The position numbers and the translations under genes are program-made. This document shows, piece by piece, positions 18,520-26,778 of a stretch of 64,000 bases of DNA. Every line of letters starts with the position of its first letter. Within the stretch, counting starts at the first letter, position 1. The stretch is from a virus. The notes under the pieces are model-generated. The model had not been told where the DNA came from and searched no databases. It worked only from the letters and a program-made list of their open reading frames with translations. Where the stretch lies: IMG/VR virus record IMGVR_UViG_3300043465_002420. One strand, written 5' to 3'.

Positions 18520-19092
18520 TTATTTTGCAGCCATTGGAATTTGTGGGTATTGTTTTTTAAACCAATCCATATATTTTTGATTAACAATAACTTTTTTATT
18601 TACATCTCCAACTCCAATAACATGAGCTTGTACATCACCAGAATCATTTACACTTAGGTTTGGTATAAACATTGCCATCATTTTCATAGTTTCTGGTGGT
18701 GGCACTATAAATCCTCTTTTTTCTGCCATGCTTGCTATACTATCACTTACAGCACCCCAAACAGGTTTGTTGAGATTATCAACAAGACTTAATCCTTTTA
18801 GAATAGCTCTAGTACTTCCTGCAACTCCTGTTAATTTTACTAAACCTGAATTTTGAAATCTAACACAAACAAATCCTGCTGCTGGATCATGTTCAGATTC
18901 TGGTGGTATTCCAAAAAAAGTCCATGATCTTGATCTTCCAAGGAATGTGTTCATATCCCATGCTTTTCCTGTTGATTTAAGATAAGACTCAACAAAAATA
19001 TTGTAAACCCATTCTGGCACAATGTTCTTATCACTTAATGTAAAACTTTGTGGTTCTGTATTTTCTAATAACCATTCAATAAATGTAATCAT
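18520..19092 (-). CDS. capsid-leader protein, possible GNAT-like fold; ends AAK
   Basis: MITFIEWLLE; GFVCVRF...VKLTGVAG...PVWGAVS...EKRGF pattern. Confidence 0.5.
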   Translation of the reverse strand: MITFIEWLLENTEPQSFTLSDKNIVPEWVYNIFVESYLKSTGKAWDMNTFLGRSRSWTFFGIPPESEHDPAAGFVCVRFQNSGLVKLTGVAGSTRAILKGLSLVDNLNKPVWGAVSDSIASMAEKRGFIVPPPETMKMMAMFIPNLSVNDSGDVQAHVIGVGDVNKKVIVNQKYMDWFKKQYPQIPMAAK

Positions 19093-19108
19093 ATATAATT
19101 TTTCCTAT

Positions 19109-20677
19109 TTATTTTTTAGGGGTCGGCAAACTATCAATAAAGTCTGAAACTTCTTGGCCTTTATAATTAAAGATATCTCGTGGATCATCTGTGACTACCT
19201 TCGCTGCCGCCTTAACTGCTGGTGCCACTACATCTAATGCACTTTTTGCAACACTACCACCAGAATTTTTAATTTCATCAGAACTAAATATAAATGATCG
19301 AAGGGTATAACCAGCACTAACAGCCTCCCTTCTTGCATCTTCAGCATCTTTTGGATTTAGTCCAGAATCTCCAGCAGCAGAAGATAAAGCTTTTAATTTC
19401 ACGAAAATACCATTTACAAAAGAATTGTGCTTCAATTGATATTCATTAAAACGATTCATTAATTCAGAACTATTGTAGGTTGATATAACATCTTTTAAAT
19501 CTGCTATTCGGTCTTGATCATTTCCCATTTTAAACAATAAATGCCACAAAACATCTTTCGCCTTGTCAGATTTTTCAGTTATTGCTTGTTTTAATATTTG
19601 TGCATGAAGCGTATTATCATAAAAATCTGTTTTCTTCATTGCATCTATCAAATCTGGATTTCTAATCAAATTTGATATCTTTGATGGATCAAGAGAATTT
19701 GCAGCATTCTGAAGTTTGTCTCCCAATATATCATCAGTTTCTTTTTGTGGAACCCCAACTTTTTCAGCAACTTTTCTAATATCATCACTTTCGGCTGCTG
19801 ACAATTTTCCTTGAATCATATCTGTGACTTTTTCTGTTGCTTTAGCTCCAAGTTTACCGACATAATAACCTATGATTACACCGAACAAGACTTTGCCAGT
19901 AGCTACCGGATTGTTTGCTATCATTTTCATAACACTAGAAAATAATTTGGCGATACTAGAAATTGAATTTGATATAATGCTAACTCCAGCACCAGCACCA
20001 TAACCAAGACCTTTACCTAAAAATTCTCCAACTCCTCTTGCATCTTCTTGGTACTCATTTTCCAAATAAATTTTTTGGTATAAGTTTATATCTTTATTTC
20101 TTAAGAATGAATTGAATGAGTCAAATGAATCTGCAACTACTTTAGGAGTTGCGGCTGTTGGGTTTTTACTTTTCCAATCTACCCACATTTTATCTAATTC
20201 TTCGACTGTTTTGCCAGTTAGTTTTTCCCATGCTGTATCATACATTTTGTTGGCTAAATTTGTCGCAACTCTTCTTAGTGATAAAGCGAGAATATATGCA
20301 GGAAGAGCAGCGGGTGCAGTTGCTGCAATACCAACAATCATAGCTGCTGTAACTGGTGATATCCCAACTTTGTCTGCAAATTTTTGTGACACATTTGCGA
20401 CTATTTCAATAGTTTTTAAAATCCCTGGGGTAAGAAACTTTCCAAGTTCCTCAACATCTTTGGCACCTTTGTCATATCCTTGCTTTAGACCTGTAGAAAG
20501 TCCACCTGCAAAGTTCTTAGCACCTTGAAGAATTGGTGATTTAGATGGATCGAGAAAATCCATTTCATTTAGATCAACGCAATAAGATTCTGAATAAGTA
20601 GTTTGTCCTATTTGACTTCTTAAGCTATTCCACCATTCTTGTTCTGTAATAATTCTTTGATTTGTGTAGTGTGACAT
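19109..20677 (-). CDS. Gly/Ala-rich protein with hydrophobic hairpins, putative membrane-inserting virion protein
   Basis: VSPVTAAMIVGIAAT...LRR and GKGLGYGAG segments; paralog of 44535 and 28017. Confidence 0.6.
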   Translation of the reverse strand: MSHYTNQRIITEQEWWNSLRSQIGQTTYSESYCVDLNEMDFLDPSKSPILQGAKNFAGGLSTGLKQGYDKGAKDVEELGKFLTPGILKTIEIVANVSQKFADKVGISPVTAAMIVGIAATAPAALPAYILALSLRRVATNLANKMYDTAWEKLTGKTVEELDKMWVDWKSKNPTAATPKVVADSFDSFNSFLRNKDINLYQKIYLENEYQEDARGVGEFLGKGLGYGAGAGVSIISNSISSIAKLFSSVMKMIANNPVATGKVLFGVIIGYYVGKLGAKATEKVTDMIQGKLSAAESDDIRKVAEKVGVPQKETDDILGDKLQNAANSLDPSKISNLIRNPDLIDAMKKTDFYDNTLHAQILKQAITEKSDKAKDVLWHLLFKMGNDQDRIADLKDVISTYNSSELMNRFNEYQLKHNSFVNGIFVKLKALSSAAGDSGLNPKDAEDARREAVSAGYTLRSFIFSSDEIKNSGGSVAKSALDVVAPAVKAAAKVVTDDPRDIFNYKGQEVSDFIDSLPTPKK

Positions 20678-20735
20678 AGATCCTCATATTTGTTGATAAT
20701 ATGGTATCTATGTGGTTCGATGAAGGAAATTAATG

Positions 20736-21146
20736 TTACATATGCACTAATTTTTCTATAATTTTGCTATCTTTTTCTAATAGCCATTGTAGTCCAAAAT
20801 GAATGGGTGATGGCCAATTTCCAAATTCGACCCATTTATAATCTTGAGTTTCCCAATTTAAACATGGAGTGAATTCTTCATCTATTATTCCCAAGAAATT
20901 GTGATATTTAAATACAAACCAATTCATGGTTGATAATTTGATTAGTTCGATATTTCCATTATATCCAGATTCTTCTCTTAGTTCTCTTTTTGCTGTTTCT
21001 TGTGGAATTTCATCAGGGGAAGAAAAACCTCCCCAAGTTCCCCAAGTATTTGGTTGACCAACTTGCTTAGACCTATGAGGAAGCAGTATTTTTTTTGTGT
21101 TTTTGGCCAAAATGATACATCCAGAACCTTGTTTTACAAATTGCAT
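20736..21146 (-). CDS. NUDIX hydrolase
   Basis: GG...DEIPQETAKRELREESGY Nudix box. Confidence 0.9.
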   Translation of the reverse strand: MQFVKQGSGCIILAKNTKKILLPHRSKQVGQPNTWGTWGGFSSPDEIPQETAKRELREESGYNGNIELIKLSTMNWFVFKYHNFLGIIDEEFTPCLNWETQDYKWVEFGNWPSPIHFGLQWLLEKDSKIIEKLVHM

Positions 21147-21213
21147 GTTTTTCCCAATACTGTTAAAAATAAATTACCTAAGTAACTATAGCAATTAATT
21201 TTTGATAGTAAAG

Positions 21214-23385
21214 TTAGTCGAAGTCACTACTGAAGCGAATTCTTTTTCTTCTTTTTAGTTCTTGGTTTATCATATCTTGTACTTCTGGCGATTTCTTATA
21301 TCTAAAGGCATCCAAACTAGTGAGTGATTTCAAAAATGAATATGGCTTATCAATCAATTTTACCATTTCATTTATATCTTTTGCATTTCTGATCAAAATA
21401 GAAGCTTCTTCAAGACTGAGTTGTTTTTTAATTTTAATCAAGGTCATTGCCATTTTTAATTTGTCTGTTGCGTATTGAACAAAATATTGAAATGCCACTA
21501 TAGAAATTTCTTGATTTTTTTCTTTTAGAATTTGGATAATATCATTTATAGTTTTATCTTTATCTTTTGATCTGTCGAAAATCCATCCTATGACTTTGTC
21601 ATGAACTGGATATTTACTTTGTCTTAAATTATTTAAAATAAGTTCTAAAATTTCAGTATTATCTTTTAGATTAGAAGTCAAATAAGAAACATCATCACCA
21701 GAAAGATTTTCTTTATATTTTATAATTATTTTTGCCATTTGTTCTCTTCTATCAATTGCATTATCAAGCAAAGAAGAAATATTTTTATCAGAAAGTTTGC
21801 TTATATTATCTGATCCTAACCGTTCTGCTATTTTGTCTTTATCTTTTGAATAAAAAAGCAAATGAAAAACATTACTATTAGAAAGATTTGTTTTTTTGTA
21901 TCTTATAATTAGATCTGACATTTTGTCTTTATCAGTTGCAGTACCAAGTAAACTATAAACATTGCTATTAGAAAGTTCTGGTTTTTTTCTTATAATTAAT
22001 TCTGCCATTTTTTCTTTGTCATTTGCCTTAAGAAGCAAATTTTCAACAGTATCATCAGAAAGTTTTGGATTTTTGTTTAGAATTATTTCTGCTATTTTTT
22101 CTTTATCATTTGCAAATTGAATCAAATTAAAAACATTATTATCAGAAAGTTCTGGTTTCTTTTCAATAATCAATTCTGCTATTTTTTCTTTGTTGATTGC
22201 AGCATAAATCAAATCACCAACATTTTTGTCAGAAAGGTTTGATTTCTTTTGGATAATTAGTTGTGCTATTTTGTCTCTGTCTTTTGTATTTACAGCCAAA
22301 CTATAAACATCACTATCAGAAATTTCTTGATGCTTTTCAATAATAAGTTGTGCTATTTTGTCTTTGTCAGTTGAATAAGAAATCAAATGATAAACATTAT
22401 TACGAGAAAATTTTGGGTTGTAGTTTATAATTAGTTCTGAAACTTTGTCTTTGTCTTTTGCATTTCTAAACAATGAAACAAGAATTTCGCCATAAAGTTC
22501 TGGTATGTATTTTATAATTACTTCTGCCATTTGGTCTTTGTCACTTGCTCTATCAAGTAAATCAGAAATATCTTTATCAGAAAGTTTTTTTAAATTTGAT
22601 TCTAATTTTTTTGCTGTTCGTTCTAAGTTTTTAGAATTCAAAAAAATACTTTTGACATTTTCAATTTCAGTATTGCTGCCAAACGCAAGTTTTTCTTTCA
22701 TTTTTTCTGGAGCCTTGTAGGTAGTTTTAAAAGCTGTGCCTAATGTTCCAACCGATTTTATCCAACCAATATTACTTTTTAGTTCTTCCATCTTTTTCAT
22801 ATTATTAGGTTCTGCGACTGCATAACCCAACATAGTTATTGTTCCATCTTTAACTGTTGGATATTTCACTAAACAATAACCATCATTTGCCCCATAATAG
22901 ATAATTCCTTTTACCGAATTTACTATCCAACCATTTTGTTCATAGAATTGTTTTGCTAAAGCTGATGAGTATTTTTCTTTTTCTTGTTGTTCATCGTAAT
23001 ATTTTAATTTAATTTCATTTACATTTGGTTTGTTTAGTAGTCCTAATTTCTTTAATTGATCGCTTATTTTATAATCCTTGCCATGTATTTGTTTTGCCAC
23101 AGATAATTGAAATATGAGATATTTGTCTAGTTCTTCCACTTTAAATTTGACTACTGCTTGACCATATGTTTGCATATAATTGGTAAATTGGCTTTCTATT
23201 GCAAAAGTAGTATAAAGACCACAACCGTACATACAACCTGAGCCAACTTTGTAATCTTTTGTGAGTATACTTGATACGGCTTTGACGCTATCATCTTTAT
23301 TGCAATCTTGACATGTTCTATGATAGACAGTTGCGGTCTTATTGGGGAATATTTCTTCAGATAGTAGCCAATGTTTAAAGTTCAT
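21214..23385 (-). CDS. type-A PARP-like ART plus the longest helical-repeat tract
   Basis: Start MNFKHWLLSEE at 23385 (track start 23433); same ART motifs; more than 10 repeats. Confidence 0.65.
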   Translation of the reverse strand: MNFKHWLLSEEIFPNKTATVYHRTCQDCNKDDSVKAVSSILTKDYKVGSGCMYGCGLYTTFAIESQFTNYMQTYGQAVVKFKVEELDKYLIFQLSVAKQIHGKDYKISDQLKKLGLLNKPNVNEIKLKYYDEQQEKEKYSSALAKQFYEQNGWIVNSVKGIIYYGANDGYCLVKYPTVKDGTITMLGYAVAEPNNMKKMEELKSNIGWIKSVGTLGTAFKTTYKAPEKMKEKLAFGSNTEIENVKSIFLNSKNLERTAKKLESNLKKLSDKDISDLLDRASDKDQMAEVIIKYIPELYGEILVSLFRNAKDKDKVSELIINYNPKFSRNNVYHLISYSTDKDKIAQLIIEKHQEISDSDVYSLAVNTKDRDKIAQLIIQKKSNLSDKNVGDLIYAAINKEKIAELIIEKKPELSDNNVFNLIQFANDKEKIAEIILNKNPKLSDDTVENLLLKANDKEKMAELIIRKKPELSNSNVYSLLGTATDKDKMSDLIIRYKKTNLSNSNVFHLLFYSKDKDKIAERLGSDNISKLSDKNISSLLDNAIDRREQMAKIIIKYKENLSGDDVSYLTSNLKDNTEILELILNNLRQSKYPVHDKVIGWIFDRSKDKDKTINDIIQILKEKNQEISIVAFQYFVQYATDKLKMAMTLIKIKKQLSLEEASILIRNAKDINEMVKLIDKPYSFLKSLTSLDAFRYKKSPEVQDMINQELKRRKRIRFSSDFD

Positions 23386-23457
23386 AGATTTATTTACACA
23401 ACAAATAAGATAAAATCCACTAAATAATGTCATTACAAGTTAAGAGTGGGGATAATT

Positions 23458-24678
23458 ATGAAATTCAAAATTTGGTTAGAAAATGACGAAAATAATGATG
23501 CCATTAAGAAAATGGAAAAATATGCAATTGAAGGTAAATTTGAAAAGTTAAAGCAATTATATGAAGAAGCATTAAGTGCAAATCATCTTACAAAAGATCA
23601 GTATAGAAAGTTGAAAGATACATTTGAAGATTCAACTAGTGATCCATATCTTGAAGAGTTTGCAAAATTTTCCAAAGAATATGATAAAAGAGAATATGAA
23701 AAAAATAAATTAGATCCCACTAATTATGCTCCACATTTCATATTAAAATCTAATCTGGAACATGTTTTTATAAGCGACTTAAGGTGGGCAAGCGGTTCTA
23801 AGAGATATAGTTTGCTAACTAAAAAATCAAATCAGAAATATATTGATTCATTCCCAGAAGAAGTGCAACAAGCCTGTAAGGGTATGTTGGCATATTCTAT
23901 GGATTATATAGAAGCCAAGAAAAAGATAGATGATCTTAAAGAAAAAGTAAAGACTCCAGCAGATTTTAAAGCGATGAAAAAAAGTGAAGATGAGGAACGC
24001 AAGAAAAAAGAATTGTTCATGAGACCTCTAGCATCAAAAATGGCAATGGGCAAATTATCGACTCAAGTCGAACAAGTGCTAGAAAGCAAACAACAAGAAT
24101 TTATCGAAAGTTATAAAAACGATCTATTAAATAAATTTCAAATTAATTCTGAAAAAGTAAAAAATTACAAAATTTCAAATAAAGATGATATGGTAAAGAT
24201 AATGCGTCAATTTATGTATTTTAATATTTTAGAGCTTTTCAAATTTGACTATAAAAATTTGACTATAGAAAAAGTAGAAAATACAAATGAAATTGTAAAT
24301 AAGCTATCAAAAAATAGATGGGATTCAATGTCGGGATTTTTCAAATCGAGAATGATCAATAAAATAGGCCCAATTGTTGATAAGAAGGCCAAAGACAATA
24401 GTGATTTTACAATGAAAACAATAGAAATTTCTATTGATGGTGGAAAACTTGTAGGTAGATTTAATTTCAATTTTACAGACCAGTCTTCATTCAATGTAAA
24501 ACATCAAGTTGTAGGTTATATTAACAAAAACAATTTAGGATTTTATAGATTCCCAACACACTTTCAAAATATAAAAACTGCTGATGGAACTGCATATAAC
24601 TTTTTGTCAGAAGAAGAAATGTACAAAAAGTTTGCAGACATTGAAAAACCAAAAGAAATGCCAGAGGAAAAAATCTAA
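23458..24678 (+). CDS. hypothetical capsid-leader protein
   Basis: MKFKIWLEN start at 23458; CTAAATA at 23420-23426. Confidence 0.7.
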   Translation: MKFKIWLENDENNDAIKKMEKYAIEGKFEKLKQLYEEALSANHLTKDQYRKLKDTFEDSTSDPYLEEFAKFSKEYDKREYEKNKLDPTNYAPHFILKSNLEHVFISDLRWASGSKRYSLLTKKSNQKYIDSFPEEVQQACKGMLAYSMDYIEAKKKIDDLKEKVKTPADFKAMKKSEDEERKKKELFMRPLASKMAMGKLSTQVEQVLESKQQEFIESYKNDLLNKFQINSEKVKNYKISNKDDMVKIMRQFMYFNILELFKFDYKNLTIEKVENTNEIVNKLSKNRWDSMSGFFKSRMINKIGPIVDKKAKDNSDFTMKTIEISIDGGKLVGRFNFNFTDQSSFNVKHQVVGYINKNNLGFYRFPTHFQNIKTADGTAYNFLSEEEMYKKFADIEKPKEMPEEKI

Positions 24679-24714
24679 CAAAAAATAGATTCTACTTTAA
24701 TATTTCCATTACAA

Positions 24715-25059
24715 TTACATGGAAAAAGAACTGCCACATCCACAAGTAGACTTAGCTTGTGGATTGTCTATTTTAAATCCACGAGAATTCATATCATCAA
24801 TAAAATCTATAGTTGCATCTCCGATATACATAGCACTTCTTTTATCGACTATTACTGATATGCCTTTGATTTCATATAATTCGTCTAATTTTTGATTTAC
24901 CTCTTTTTCTATTGTTAGTTTCGATTGGAAGCCAGAGCATCCACCACCAACAACTTTTACTCTTACATGAAGCTTTTCTTCTGTAGCTCCTTGGTTTCTT
25001 TCTTCTTCAATTGCAAGATTTATTTCTTTTACTGCTTTTTCTGTTATTTTAATTGCCAT
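24715..25059 (-). CDS. iscA: A-type Fe-S cluster carrier (IscA/SufA/HesB family)
   Basis: GGGCSG and CGCGSSF motifs. Confidence 0.95.
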   Translation of the reverse strand: MAIKITEKAVKEINLAIEEERNQGATEEKLHVRVKVVGGGCSGFQSKLTIEKEVNQKLDELYEIKGISVIVDKRSAMYIGDATIDFIDDMNSRGFKIDNPQAKSTCGCGSSFSM

Positions 25060-25200
25060 TTTATTTCCTTTACAATAATTCTTTTAACTTTTGTCTATTA
25101 TTCATTTCAATAACTTAATCAAAACCTTCTTCTGGTGCGATTTGTTAAAAATAACTCATCATCCTATCTAAGACTTATGATAGAATATTTTTTATCAATT

Positions 25201-25983
25201 TCATAGCAATTTATTTTTCAATAAAACAAAAGGATCGTTAATATAAATGTCATCAGTAAGCTTAATTCCATTTGTTCTATTTAATTCGCCAAATGAATCG
25301 CCAAATGGAAAATCATCACTTTCTGCATACTTAGTCTTGAAGTAATTAGAATAAATCATTTTCATTTGAACTATTTTATCATGAACAGTATCTGCGTAAG
25401 TTGTATGATGCATTATTGCTTCTTGTGTTATTCCGCCATGAGGTCCATTTATAAAAAATTCTCTTGGCATCAAAGCGTGATTTACATTTGCATCGTGAAT
25501 AATCTCATTTAAGATATCTTGGTCGGCATATTTAGGTTTTTTTAATTTTAATTCTTCTTTTATAGAACATATAAGTTTAATTATATTTTTAGTGTTTCTT
25601 AAAATGTAATAACCACCGTTGTATTTATCGGAGTCAAATTCCTTTGTTCCACAGAAATCTAATTTTTTACATTCCATAAAATCTAAAACTCTAAAAGTAT
25701 TCATTGGGTTTAAATATTGAATATCCAAATCATTAAAGACCAATAATTCTCCCTCTCTTAATTCGTTTAAATTTTTTATTATAAAGTCTAATTTTTGCAC
25801 CGCAGCTTCATACCAAGAAGGAGTTCCAAATCCAAATACATTAAATTCTTTTAAATCAATTTTACACAAACAAACTTCAAAATAATCTAAATATTTTTCT
25901 ATTGATTTATTGTAAATGTCATAAATATTTTTAAAATTATCAGACCAAACACCCACAAGTTTTATTTTTTTGTTCATAATCAC
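25201..25983 (-). CDS. nucleotide-diphospho-sugar transferase (GT-A fold, GT77/GT34-like)
   Basis: FNDLDI DxD motif, YNGGYYIL, DQDILN. Confidence 0.7.
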   Translation of the reverse strand: MIMNKKIKLVGVWSDNFKNIYDIYNKSIEKYLDYFEVCLCKIDLKEFNVFGFGTPSWYEAAVQKLDFIIKNLNELREGELLVFNDLDIQYLNPMNTFRVLDFMECKKLDFCGTKEFDSDKYNGGYYILRNTKNIIKLICSIKEELKLKKPKYADQDILNEIIHDANVNHALMPREFFINGPHGGITQEAIMHHTTYADTVHDKIVQMKMIYSNYFKTKYAESDDFPFGDSFGELNRTNGIKLTDDIYINDPFVLLKNKLL

Positions 25984-26061
25984 CTAAAAACATGAAATTA
26001 AGTTTTTGTAGATGTATTATAGTTAGGTATTTTTTATTGTACATGTTAATTTCCTTTTGTT

Positions 26062-26778
26062 TTAAAACAAAGAATCTATAATTGGTGGTGGCTCATCCCA
26101 TGCTGAAGTCTTAGATGTAGTTATTGGTTTTGGTTTAGAATAAACTTCTGGTTGTTTATCTTTTAATTGTTTTTTATTTGATTTTGGCTTTGGAAATTTT
26201 GCAAAGAATGCATCCAATTGATTGTTGTTTTCCCCGCCATCGATAAACTCATATTTTCCTCCCTGACCCAATTCTTGTTGCAATATTTGAGTAGCAGTCT
26301 TTCCTTCGATTGGCTTAATATCTGCAATTTTTCCATCAACAATTATATATCTTATTCCGTCTTTAAGTTCTTTACCAAATGGAGCCACTACAATGAACGC
26401 CCCATCTCTGTAAGCTGTTGAAGCTCCAAGTCCCGATCCTACTCCATTTATATTATTTGTTAGTGGTGCTGTATGATTTGGTGCCTTGTTTCTTTTAAGC
26501 ATTTCTATTAGTGACTTTATTTGAAAACCAAGACTAATTTTAGCTAATCCATGTGCATCCAACTGTACATTCAAATCATCATATTTTGGCAATAAGTAAA
26601 AAAGAGTATCTTTATCGCTGTATCGATTGTAGTTACCGACAGATCTCATCAATGGCTTTAAATTATCTGGTAATTCTTGGTTCCATATTTCAGAAACATC
26701 AATCGATTCATAATATTGATTCTCTGTAATAATACCAGCTAGGTACAATTTGTAATTAGGATAGTTTTTATTGTACAT
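26062..26778 (-). CDS. hypothetical protein
   Basis: Likely start MYNKNY; KLYLAGIITE motif. Confidence 0.6.
   Translation of the reverse strand: MYNKNYPNYKLYLAGIITENQYYESIDVSEIWNQELPDNLKPLMRSVGNYNRYSDKDTLFYLLPKYDDLNVQLDAHGLAKISLGFQIKSLIEMLKRNKAPNHTAPLTNNINGVGSGLGASTAYRDGAFIVVAPFGKELKDGIRYIIVDGKIADIKPIEGKTATQILQQELGQGGKYEFIDGGENNNQLDAFFAKFPKPKSNKKQLKDKQPEVYSKPKPITTSKTSAWDEPPPIIDSLF

Noticed and set aside
8037-18531. Diversity-generating retroelement (orphan tail as template repeat)
   Set aside because: No reverse transcriptase in the window, and differences between the 8037 tail and paralog tails include non-adenine positions (G>A, T>A)
8015-18531. Classical integron with attC sites
   Set aside because: No tyrosine integrase (IntI), and the junctions lack RYYYAAC/GTTRRRY ends and the long attC palindrome; kept only as an analogy
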